Shown one piece after another: positions 1 through 11,143 of a stretch of 56,806 bases of DNA. Origin of the DNA: Vezdaea acicularis (lineage: Eukaryota); the NCBI GenBank assembly GCA_026025075.1, contig JAPEUI010000103.1, forward strand, positions 1-56,806, given 5' to 3'. Under the pieces are notes generated by a model. It was not told where the DNA came from. It did no database searches and saw only the letters and a program-made list of their open reading frames with translations. The translations under genes were made by a program, and so were the position numbers. Every line of letters starts with the position of its first letter. The stretch's first letter is position 1.

Positions 1-896
1 CTTCGATGCTTGCTTGCGTGCTTGCGCTCTTCAACGGACGCGCCACGCACCCAGGTGTGAATGGTATGATAATGTCATGGCTTGCGTGTTACCCGTTCTC
101 CTTCGCGTCGACGTATCATGTAGAAATTGTGATCAGATCCACCCAGCAGGCCTTATGATACGCGCGGTTGTTGTGTATGTGGATGTGCATGTGAAAGTCT
201 ACAATCACCACCCCTCCCACCCCGCCTCCGTCCTGGACCCCCTACTGGAGTACCACACCACTCCCCCTCAATATCATAAAGTCGCAACGACCAATGTGGA
301 TCAACGCCGAGAACCACCCCGCCGCGCCCCCCACTTCCGCGAGAAGGGATCAAGACATGGCTACACTGCTCCCATCCGATAAATCCCATGAAATACTCCG
401 GTTAGTAGTCCGATAGAAGTGAAACTTGCCATATCGCCGCCGCCGCCGCCGTCAATCAATGGTGAGCGCATACATCATATATATTCACAAGGGAAGGGGG
501 TTGGGCGGTTTCTTCTGAACCTGGATAGAAATGTCAGAGAGATTGAAGTTTTGGTATTGCGTTGCACTGCGCTGAGGGCTTATTCCTGGTGTATTTATGC
601 GGATGAGTGGGATGCGGTTTTTTAATTGATGAGCATGTATATAAGGACGGACATCAGCTCTGCCCCTTTTTTTTGAGAGGATGGGAGATGTGTTACGCGC
701 GTGTTTTGCCTGCGGCAAGAGGGCGTATGTTTAGTGGGACGTATGTGGGATGTGGGACTGCAGTGGCTGGATGGGTGGATGTGTGGATGTGTAAGAAGCC
801 GTCATAGCTCCGCCGGCGAGCTCCAGCGAAAGCCATAGCGGTTTCTTACATCAATCACTGTATACATGGCTGGTAACACTATACATGACAGATTTT

Positions 897-937
897 ACAA
901 GTCTCACAAGTCTCACAAGTATCACAAATCTCACAAG
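897..937. repeat. 9-bp minisatellite (GTCTCACAA) x4, degenerate
   Basis: gtctcacaa gtctcacaa gtatcacaa atctcacaa at 901-936. Confidence 0.85.
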
Positions 938-2323
938 GTTATAGCAAGTTAATAAAGATCATTCAAAGCGTTCTACGTCAATAGGTACATCAGAGGGGGA
1001 TTAACATGCTCATTTCGCCAACTAGATCATCTGGGGCAAAGATTGCCATTATCCGGTGCCAGACTTTCTTACACCCCCGAGTACCTTTGTATGTGCCGAG
1101 GCGTGGATTTACTGGGAGGTGGCTTGGCGCCGGGCGTGGCGCTACTGTAGCGGCGCGGATCTTGCTTAGCGGGCGTTGGCGTGTCCGCACGTGCGGCTCT
1201 TCCGGGGGTGGTGGGCTGGAGGCGGGAACAACACCATCGAACGAAGAGAGCGACGAGAGCGACGAGATCGCGATGTCTCATCGTGGAGACGTGTACACGC
1301 GCACTTTCGCTGTGAGGATGCGCAGATGGGAAGATGCGCCGCTCGCTCTTGTTTCCATCGTCGCGCATGGCTACTGCGTCGATATATGTGCATTGTGGCA
1401 GTTCCTTTGGACTCTGCTTACTTTGGTTTTCCGCACGAAGTTGAATACTTCGTGATACTCCCCCTTTTTTCCTTTATCGTAGATGGTGCCTTGTAGGGAA
1501 TTTCCTGTAGAGGCGATGAAGAGGACCGGTGGGTATGTTCCTACGGAGGTTCTCCTTGGCCCTGGATTAGTGACGCGAAGTCCATTCCTTTGATCAGCCG
1601 GAGGTCCGTGGCTCATTGAATCTCTTTTCTCGCGGTCCGGTTGCATTCCACGGACCTTCGTCGCCATCTCGGCTTTTCTTCGCTTCCCCACTCACCCGTC
1701 GTAGCCATCACAACAAACATTTTTTTCCTTCTCCTCGTGTGTGGAGGCCACACATTCTTTGGCGGCGCAGCGACAGATTTGCAATTTGTTGTTGCTAGGC
1801 GGCTTTCTTAAGTGCTTCGAGGACTTTGCTTTCGTTCTCTTCTTCCTTCTCTTTTCTCCTGCTCCTCGTGGAGGTCCTGCTGTGATACGACACCATCTGC
1901 TCCCCTCGCATCGTGAGATTTCGCGGACTTGACGGGAGAGCTCCTTCCTCCTTGTCGTCTCGCTAATTCAGGCTTTGCGACCGAGCAAGCTATTGGAGGC
2001 TCTCGTGCTTCTACCTCCTGCTACTATACTTTGAGTATTTAAAGCGTCGTTTGGCATTAAGACACTGCCTGGGCTTTGGGCTTGCTGGTATCGAATTCAC
2101 ACCGCGGTTTCTTGAGCTAGTGGGGGGTTTGCTTCGCAGCTCCTCGGGTACTACACGATAACAATAACAATAACAACATCCACGACTAACTCGACCACCA
2201 GTGCCGTCCTCTTTAATTCAATTAATCACCCGTATCGTTCTCTTAACTCAAATACTCAACCGGCCGCACAACGTATGTCTTCAACAAGAGCATCCCTCGA
2301 CTAGCAGCTGGTCATCTTTCATC

Positions 2324-5300
2324 ATGATCCGACCAGGAGCTACAGACCGTCCACCCTCGCGTCGACGACCCCTCGGCGATGCGACATCTCGAGCAAATCA
2401 CCAAGCGCCCGACCATGGTGTCAACCGAGCTCCCTACAGTTCTCCTATGTCATCAAACCCTCGCATCGTCCATCACGAGTCGTTAAAACCAGACGGCCAA
2501 CTCCAAATTCGAAGCTCTCCGCCCGCTCCGCGGTCCCCCGCCAACCCTCGCATCTCAGCCGTGATCGAGGAGCACAGAGATGAGAACAAGCGGGACTCGC
2601 AAATCTCCACAACATCCACGCAGGCTTCTGGTGCGTCTAGAAGAAAGACTCATATCGGGCCATGGCGGCTGGGCAGGACACTCGGGCAAGGCTCCGTGGG
2701 CCGTGTACGTCTCGCGAAGCATGAGCTCACTGGGCAGTATGCTGCGATCAAGATCGTCTCGAAGAAGTCGGCGGCTATTGCAAGGAGCGAGAGCTTGATT
2801 TGCAGCGACATGCGCAATGCGGTCGGTATTGAGGGGGAGCCGGAGCGCTTGCTACCATTTGGGATCGAGCGGGAAGTGGTGATCATGAAGTTGATCAAGC
2901 ATCCGCATGTCATGCAGCTCTATGATGTCTGGGAGAATCGTAAGGAACTGTAAGTAGCATGTCACTCCTTTCGAATGGAATTACTAACTCGCTCTTTAGA
3001 TATCTCGTACTTGAATACGTTCAGGGAGGGGAGCTCTTCGACTACCTTGTCCAGAGCGGCCGCCTTCTGGAGGACGAGGCCATCAAGTATTTCCGCCAAA
3101 TCATTACTGCGCTGGCTTATTGCCACAGCTTCAACATCTACCACCGTGATCTAAAGCCCGAGAACATCCTCCTCGACGAAAACAAGAACATCAAGCTGGC
3201 CGACTTTGGCATGGCCGCCCTTCAACCAACCGGGACAATGCTCAAGACTGCTTGCGGTAGCCCTCACTATGCCGCGCCTGAATTGATCCGAGGCATAGAG
3301 TACACTGGCGAGAAGACGGACATCTGGAGCTGCGGCATCATCCTCTTCGTCCTTCTTACAGGTTTCACCCCATTCGAGAGCAGAGATCTAAACCGTCTCC
3401 TCAAGAAGATCATCGATGGCAACTATGCTATCCCTTCCAAAGTCAGCGCCGAAGCTCAGGATCTCATCGTGAAGATGTTGCAGCCTGATCCGAAGAACCG
3501 GCCAACGCTCGAGGGCATCATGAAACATCCCCTAATCACAAAGTATGAGCATGCGTATCCTCGGTTGAATAGCACCGCTTTTCGCCCGCCAAGCGTTCAT
3601 GAGGTCGGCAGACCGGTCAAACATAGGTCAGATATTGATCGCGAGATTTTGAGGAACTTGCAGACGCTGTGGCATGGCGAGAAGGAGGAGGTTGTGATTC
3701 GGAGACTGTTGAACGAGGAGTAAGCATTTATTGTTTATATGGTGGTGTTCTTCGCTCAATGCTTTCCCCATGCTTCTAGGGAGAAGAATATCTACTGACG
3801 TGCTTTCAGACCGAATCAAGAGAAGATGTTCTACCGTATATTGCTCGAGTATCGCATCGAACATCTTGAAAACTACGAGGGACAGGTGTTGCAACATTCG
3901 GCGAGTGACTATCACCATTATCGACAGCTGCCACGATATTTGACCGCGCCGCGCGCTCTCACTCATCATGATCGAAGTCGGTCACGTTTCTCCATCGCCA
4001 CCGATCATCGTAGCCCTCGGCTTCCTCCAACATCGGAGACGCTTGAGAGTTACGACCCCTTCAGACCCTCACAGGAGATGGCTCGTGATGGCAAACCAGA
4101 GTACACGCACGTCACCGTCCTTCGTGGCCGGAGTGCTGCCTCAAGAGCTCGTGTTGGAAGCAACGCAAGGCACGCAGCTGTCGCTAGACTGCAAGTGCAG
4201 GGTAGAGACCATTCGCAGAGCTCTCGCTCCTCGATATCCCATTCCTCTCGAGGCCAGGCGGCTAGAAGCAAGAGTGCGTCTGGTAGAAGGGGGTCGCGAT
4301 CTTCTCTCGCCAGCGTCCGCAGCAACGGTAGCCCTGTCGTTGTCCGCGCGACCCATAGCTACAAAAGAAGCGTCAGCTTTGTCCACAGCCAGCGCTCCTC
4401 AGCGAGCAACGTCTCCAAAGCCAAGCTCCAGGTAGAAGCTCAGCGTATCGTCCTGAACCGTTACTCACAGAGCTCGCCGCTTTCAAACAACGACATGATG
4501 GGCAGCAGCCCTCCTGTACCTCAGCAGGCTAATCTTCGCGTCCGCAAAAATACCAACACCGGTGGTCGCAGCGCACAGGTGCCCAAGATTCGCGCAACAA
4601 GCCACCTTTTCACACAGGAAGCGCGCAAAGTAAGCACTGAGCTCGAGGCTTATTGTGACGAGGTCTTCAACCGTTCGTCAATTGCGTCTAGTCGCACTGC
4701 GGGGACAGCGACTACACGAGATTCGGGCTTTGCCTATAAAACACCAATGTCCTCTTACTGTGAACAGGACAATTCGGGCTCGAACTCGCCATGCGCTGCT
4801 CGTGCACGTTCTCCACTACGCTACGAATCTCAACTGAATAAGCCATACGCCGAAGATAGGCCATTACCCCCGCCACCTCCAGCAACGGCTGCGACTTCGG
4901 CAAGAACACCAAAAGGTATAGACTCGTACACCACACGAGAACTGGCAGACACACGAGAACGCCTGCTGAAACGTGCCGCTGAAGGTGGCCAGACTGCGGG
5001 TCAAGACTACCTCAAAGACGTGATTGCCCACCTCGACCGTCTGCTCCAGCCTCCAAGCAACAACCTGACCATCCCAGCCCAGAACGAGGAACGGAGAGTA
5101 GTCAGTGGGCCTCCTGACTATGGCTCCGGCTACCTTCCCGCCATCTCTGAAGAAGCAGGTCGCTACTCTGATACTTCAGACCGACGCAACGACCAGCGCG
5201 TTACTTCAAAAGCATACTCGGACAATACCGCCAACGCTCGTCCGCCGACCAGGCGCGGACACGCCGAGGAGCGTGACAGCATCCGCGTCGTACAGCCCAG

Positions 5301-6767
5301 CAGCCCGAGCCACGTGACGCATATCGCCCCCTTGACGATCCGCAAGCGCAGCGCAGGGTATAGCACCATTCCTCCACCCACACGAGGCGACGACCCTAAG
5401 AAAGCCAGCAGAGCAGGAGGTGCAGACGAAGGGCGCGAGAGTATCTGGGATGGCCTCGCCTCCCCTTCGCTCGAGCCCTTCCTCGAAGAATTCGGGACCG
5501 CACCAAGCAACAAGGGCAAAGGGCGGGCGAACATCCAGGACTATGCCTGGGAGCCTGTGACTAAAGTCGTGACGGAGAACGAGGAGTTTCCCATGCGCCA
5601 CGACCCGCCTAAGAAGTCGGGCTGGTGGAAGCCGTTGGGGAGGAAGAGCAGTCATGGTCGTTTGCTCGAGCAGCCGGCGTTTATTATACATGCTGATGAT
5701 GATGCCAGTGCTAGTGCTGCCGTCGCTCCTGCTGCTGCCTCGGCGGTGGGAGCTGGGGCAGACCAGATGATGGGTGTAGGAACAGGCAGGTACAAGAGCT
5801 GGAGGGAGAAGGAGAAGGCCCTGCTTAAGGAGCGGGAGAAGAGTAATAAGCGACACAGCGAGGCGCCGAGTCATTCGACGGAGGGAAGCGGCGAGTATGG
5901 CGGGACGGCCGGGCGGAAGAGCGGGTTTAGAAAGTTTTTCGGGATGAAGGAGAAGGGGGAGAAGGGAGTGTTGAAAGTTGTTGGTATGTTGCTTCTCTTC
6001 CTTGTCATTGCCCCATTGCCTTTCTTACGCATTAAGCTTTTTGTTACTGCTCTTCCCTCCTTCACCTCTGGACTTTCTAGGCAGACTAAAGACTAACGAG
6101 CATGATCGCAGCATCCAACGCCTCAACCCCGTCCCTCCAATCTCACGCCTCCCCACCACCCACCCCTACCATCCTCACCCACACCAAACCAACCGCACCC
6201 ACCACTCTTACTAGCCGCGACAGCCACACCAACCACCACCGCCGCTCCAACCCTCTCCAACCCCACCACATCTCTGCGCCTATGCCCCTCACCTCCTCGC
6301 CTCCCTCCCACTCCCGCTCCTCCCACCATCCCCGCACCAAACCCCGCCCCCAACCCCACCAAAACTGGTTTGCCCGCCTCATGCGCATCCAGCCCGAACG
6401 CCGCATCCTCTGCCTCACCATCCCCGCCCGCCGCGCCCGCCGCGAGCTCGTCTCCCTCCTCCGCTCCTGGCGCGCGTACGGCCTCGTCGGCGTCGGCCAG
6501 GACCGCGAGCGGGGCGTCTGTTGGGGCCGCGTCGACGCTGCTAATGGGTTGGGTCTCAAGCCGGTGGAGTTCTTCGTCGAAGTTTTGACCTTGTTGGATC
6601 GGGGGAGGCGCTGTGGGCAGTGTTTGGTCCGCTTCACGCAGGAGAGGGGGAATGCGACGGCTTTTATTAGGGTCGTGGCTGAGGTGGAGAAGGTTATGGG
6701 GGAGAGAGGGGGTTTGGTGAGGGAGAGGGAGAGGGTCAGGGAGATGAGGGCTGCGGTCGGGTTATAG
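2324..6767 (+). CDS. Gin4/Hsl1/Cdr2-family (Nim1-like) Ser/Thr protein kinase; exons 2324-2949, 3000-3719, 3810-5983, 6112-6767
   Basis: Kinase motifs GQGSVG, AAIK, HRDLKPEN, DFG, TACGSPHYAAPE; family-typical LPFGIEREVVIMKLI and DIDREILRNLQTLWHG..EPNQEKMFY; long low-complexity middle; C-terminal KA1-like domain (NWFARLMRIQPERRILCL). Three GT..AG introns with CTRAC branch points join the ORFs in frame. Confidence 0.9.
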
Positions 6768-8039
6768 GGTTTGTATGGTGTGCTGAGGGGGGAGATGAGG
6801 AGGTGGATACGGACTACGGAAAAAAGAGGAGGCACATTTGGGGAAAAGGAGGCGCATCCACTTGAACTGTCTCATTTGGGTACCCTATAAGCCCATCTGC
6901 TTTGGACTGCGGGACAAGAGCATTGGATGCTCGATCGTCAAGATTCCTTTTGTTTAAACTTGGCCATCGTTCATTCTTCGGTCTTTGGGAAACTTGCGCG
7001 GTGGCCGCCGTTTGGTGGTCCTCTTGGTCTGGTGGACTTGATCTGGGCACGTGAGATCGTCTTTGGGCATAAGAGATGGGATGGGGCTTTTTTTTCCTTT
7101 TTCCGTTCTTTGCCTTGGCTGTTCTGTTTATACCCCTGCGGTCTTGGCTTTCTCTGGTCACGAGCATCTATCCATTCATCCCTCCCTTCACCCTTCCTCC
7201 CTCCATCCTTCTTCCCTTCATACATCTCCTTTATGCATCTACTCGAGCAACCCCATCGGCATCAGCATCATAGCTTTCTTTTCCCCTTTCTCAAGACCTC
7301 GGCACCTCCTTGCTCTTCCTCTCTCTCCTTCTCTTCTCTTCTCCTCTCGCGATCGAGTTGCTCTTTTTCACTTGTTCATTTGCTAGATAGGATAGCTAGC
7401 ACTAGTGTCGTATCGTGTACTGCACAAATGAGAAAAGTTTAATGCAAGGGGTTTGTTGTGATTGATGTATGTGGGATGTTCATGGAGTCGGTGTGGGGAA
7501 TGGGTGGATTGTATGTAGGTTATGAGCGCATTTTTTGCTAAGTGATTGATTGATTGAGGGTGTAGATGGGTGGGTTGGGGATGGAGGTGCGGACTTGGCA
7601 TGGGGGTGGAAGGAACAAGGGGGAAAAGGGAGGGGGCAAGTTGGATATCACGTCCTCGTCTCGTAGACGGCTATAGAAACGGGTAAACTGTGCAAATGCA
7701 GCCTTGGGGAATATGACAATCGTGGCCATTACTGTAAATTCTTGATGCTGGGTTGGAGGAAATGGAGGGAGGATGACGGCTCATCGCATTCATGAGCGCT
7801 GATTGGGCGAGAGCGACGCGACAAACGCAATGATCTTTCCTAATCGGGTAGATGAGGCGCGATCTCCATCTCGGGACGAGTTCATGCGAGAATCGACCGC
7901 GGATCTCCGGAATTTCTGTGCTAAAGGTTTCTCAAGCGGTGGATTTTCCATTTACGGAGGCAACGTCTGCTGTAAACTCAAATTTGCACGAAGGAGTAAT
8001 ACCATCTTACCTGACGAACGCGTTCGATCTTGTTCAAAC

Positions 8040-10925
8040 ATGACGCGTCGATCCCGTACGTCAGCGGCCACAACCGCCAAAAGAGCCGCCCCGGCGACGA
8101 TCGAGACAACGCCCACGAGACAGTCCAAACGGGTCAAGACCACGGCCGGAGCGTCGAATGGCGTGAGCGCCTCTCCCAGAAAGAGCAAGTACTTCGAAGG
8201 CAGTGAAGAGCCTGAGTCGAGCGTAGGCGGGGAAGCCTCGGGGTATGAGGACGACGACGCGAGTGCTGTCCTAACTTCAGATGAGTCCGAGGAGGGCTTT
8301 GATGCGGAGGATAGTCATGAAGAAGCGGTGGGCAGGTCGAAGAGATCGGCGAAGAAGGGCGGGGTGGTGCAGGTTGCGCTTGCTAGGGGGAAGGGCAAGG
8401 GAAGTGAACTCTGGAGGCCAGGAGTCAAGACTGGGTTGGGTCCCGGGCAGCAAGTCATCGTCAAGAAACCCAAGGCTAGAGAGGCCGGAGATGTGGCCTA
8501 TCAGGAGGATACGATACATCCGAATACGATGCTGTTCCTGGGTGATCTGAAGAGGAATAATGATCGCGATTGGCTCAAATGTAGGGAATCTACCCTAGCT
8601 TCTTACTGAGGTGATTTTCTCTGGACAAAGGAGAACGCCGACTGACTTGGACCCTCAATTGAAGTGCATGACCCTGACTATAAAACGGCGAAGAAGGACT
8701 GGGAGGACTTTGTGGATGTGCTCACGGAGAGGATCGCGGAGGTGGACGAGACGATTCCGGAGCTGCCGCATAAAGATTTGGTGAGTGCGAACGAGTGGCT
8801 TGTTCTTGAAAGCTTCCTTCCTCCCTTCACAACAGTATCATGGGCTAAGCACGGTCGAAAGACCTTCCGCATCTACCGGGACATTCGGTTCAGCAAAGAT
8901 CCAACGCCTTACAAGACGCATTTCTCGGCAGCCTGGTATGTAACCCTGAGCAAACGAAGGCTTCTTAAAGGAAAGCATGAAGCTCTGACAGCGTGCTCTC
9001 TAGGTCAAGGACCGGTCGTAAGGGCCCCTATGCGGCGTACTATGTTCAGATACAGCCTGGTGGCAGCTTCGTGGGTAGGTCACAATCTCACAATCTCACT
9101 CATCACTCTACGCGTCAACGGCTACGAGAAGTTGTCACCCAGCTCAGGGCCAGGCAATGGTAGCATTGAGATGCTTTACGGCTGTACACGACACGTTCCT
9201 CCTGGCCGTGAGATGTGTCCAACTCTATGTCAGGCTTATTTGGCCAGTCCTCTGCGCGAATATCGCCCATCTCACTCACAACTGTACGAGTCAACGGCTA
9301 GGAGAAGTCGTCACCCAGCTCAAGGTCAGCTTAGGCTACCGCTGAGATGCTTTACGGCTATATGTGACGCGTTCTTCCAGGCCTCAAGAAGTATCCAACG
9401 CCACGTCGGACTTACTTAGCTCGTCCTCTGCGAAGACATTGTCAATCTCGCCACTGCACCTCCCTTTGTCTCCTCACTTTACCAGATGTTCTCTTGAGTA
9501 AGTCGTACAGACAGCTGATGTGTGCTGGCGAGGTATATAGGTGGCGGCTTGTGGCTACCAGAGCCTGTGCCTCTTGGTCTGCTTCGACGAGATATCGATC
9601 GCCATCCACAGAGGATCAGAACTGTCCTGAACGACGCGGATATTAGAAAGGAGTTTCTGGACAACGCTCCAAACAACGAAGAGAAGGCGGTGAAGGCTTT
9701 CATCAAGAAGAATGTAGAGAGCGCGTTGAAGACAAAGCCAAAGGTGAGTGGTTGACGGTCTCATTCATCCCCATTGCCTGTGAAGAAGCCGCCCAGATGC
9801 ATGTCCTGAGAAGATCTCCCAAGATACCTCTCATCGCCATCTCGGCCGTCGCATCTCAAAGAAGATGATGACTCGGTCAACCACGCCCGCTTTCGCGTTG
9901 GCCTGGAGGCTTTCTCCTTCTTGCTGGTCTTCAATCGTAAGACCACAAGGACACTCGGGCCTCTTGCACGCCCCTGCTTGCCACCTCACGCGATTTCCTT
10001 CCGATCTTCGAGGGCAAGAGGCGCATCGTAGACTCCATTGCTAGTGATTATCTTGAAGATACAGTGAGAAGTAAAGAAATAGAAGTCAGCGCGCGCGTCC
10101 TTGGGCTGTTCATGGCAGGATCCTCCTAATGGCGCGGGCACGAGCAAGGGGTGTAGCGAGACGCACATGGCAGTACAACCTGCGGCTTTTTTTCTCACTC
10201 AAACCAGATCTTCACAGCTACGGTTACCTTCACCTCATACACAAACAACAGCCGCAACGCACACATCCCCATCCTCTCTCTCTCGAAATTGCTCACAAGG
10301 GACACGTCCTCGATGCTGACCCGGTCTCATGTGAATAGGGGTACGACGTGGACCATCCAAACATTGGATTGCTCCGGCTTCGAAACTATACGTTGGGCAG
10401 GGAACTGGCGGACCACGAAGTGATTGGTCCTGGGGGCCTGGCGCGGATTGTGAGTTTGGTGGCTCGACTCCAACTTTTCGTAAGTGAGACCCGCATTTAA
10501 CCCATCCTCCTGCGCTTGTCTTCATGGCCTTCTCGGCCATTCTGGTCAATTTCACGGATAGCGTCGGGCTGGTCGCCACCAATCCACGTCGACCATACCG
10601 GGGATGCGTCTAGAGCTATCGCCATCGCCTCCGTGCTTGCAGCCCTTACGACTGACCGCTAATGCATGGGACGAGCTTCTGATTCCGACGGTCTTGACCG
10701 CGCTTCCTGGCAACGAGGGAGGGAGCGGGGAGGCAAGCACCTCGAGTGTGGCCGAAGCCATTTCGTCTTTCTCTCATGCATGCCGGGGCTGGCGGCAAGA
10801 CATCCTTCTGACGTGTTGCACAGATCACATACCTCAACGGCGTGGTGATGCCTGATGAGGGAGAGGGTACCAACACCGAGGACCCGGACGGGGATGGCGA
10901 GGACAGCGATCACGACGAGGAATAA
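8040..10925 (+). CDS. DUF2461-family conserved protein; exons 8040-8580, 8665-8780, 8862-8935, 9004-9074, 9541-9743, 10339-10479, 10824-10925
   Basis: Spliced product contains FLGDLKRNNDRDWLK, FRIYRDIRFSKDPTPYKTHFSAAWSRTGRKGPYAAYY, GGGLW, LKTKPKGYDVDHPNIGLLRLRNYT and ITYLNGVVMPD, all typical of fungal DUF2461 proteins. The last two exons are absent from the ORF track but join in frame across GT..AG introns. Confidence 0.85.
9093..9449. repeat. Tandem duplication of a 176-bp unit (two diverged copies plus start of a third) inside DUF2461 intron 4
   Basis: Units start at 9093, 9269 and 9445 (ATCTC...); copies align without indels, 44 mismatches in 176 by manual count (~75% identity). Confidence 0.9.
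9780..10198 (+). ncRNA. Candidate structured intronic RNA (~420 nt) in DUF2461 intron 5, class unknown
   Basis: Closing helix 9780-9792/10182-10198, 19-bp helix 9962-9980/10141-10161, and several local hairpins found by eye; intron is 595 nt versus ~50-130 nt for most others. Confidence 0.45.
10515..10805 (+). ncRNA. Candidate structured intronic RNA (H/ACA-like 3' end) in DUF2461 intron 6
   Basis: CTTGTC 10515-10520 pairs with GGCAAG 10794-10799, directly followed by ACA (10800-10802); nested helices 10524-10540/10748-10761, 10544-10549/10694-10699, 10562-10568/10684-10690. Confidence 0.3.
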
Positions 10926-11090
10926 CGATCTCGAGGACGGATGATGCGTGGATGCTGGCGCTGCACGACGAAGATGGGCGGTGGGGCTGGGACGACAAGG
11001 GCCCCCCCTAATCGACGAGGTTCATGGCGTTGAGGCCGGGCGTCGGACGAGCACAGGAAATGAGGGAGATCAAGCGGAGCCAGCGCGGCA

Positions 11091-11143
11091 CCAGCGTAGT
11101 GTCCAGCGTAGTGTCCAGCATAGTGGGCCAGCATGGTGTCCAG
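11091..11143. repeat. 12-bp minisatellite (CCAGCRTAGTGT) x4
   Basis: ccagcgtagtgt ccagcgtagtgt ccagcatagtggg ccagcatggtgt ccag. Confidence 0.8.

Noticed and set aside
1..2200. Short ORFs at the window start
   Set aside because: No recognisable motifs; looks like intergenic sequence and kinase promoter/leader.
5163..6835. Long antisense ORFs over the kinase (and similar ones over GH3, GH16 and mcsA)
   Set aside because: Shadow frames of GC-rich coding sequence.
8664..9419. 251-aa ORF as a single coding exon
   Set aside because: Read-through across introns 2-4; conserved DUF2461 motifs are recovered only after splicing.
9804..9830. CTGAGA...ATACC resembling the 5' half of a fungal TPP riboswitch
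   Set aside because: The conserved TGATCTGGATAATACCAGCG half is missing and the host is not a thiamine gene.
9756..10330. 9-bp direct repeat CGGTCTCAT near both ends of intron 5, like a target-site duplication
   Set aside because: No terminal inverted repeats inside, and removing the insert would leave an unsplicable 29-nt intron; probably chance.
897..11143. 9-bp, 12-bp and 176-bp repeats as CRISPR-like arrays
   Set aside because: Head-to-tail tandem repeats with no unique spacers, in a eukaryotic locus with no cas genes.
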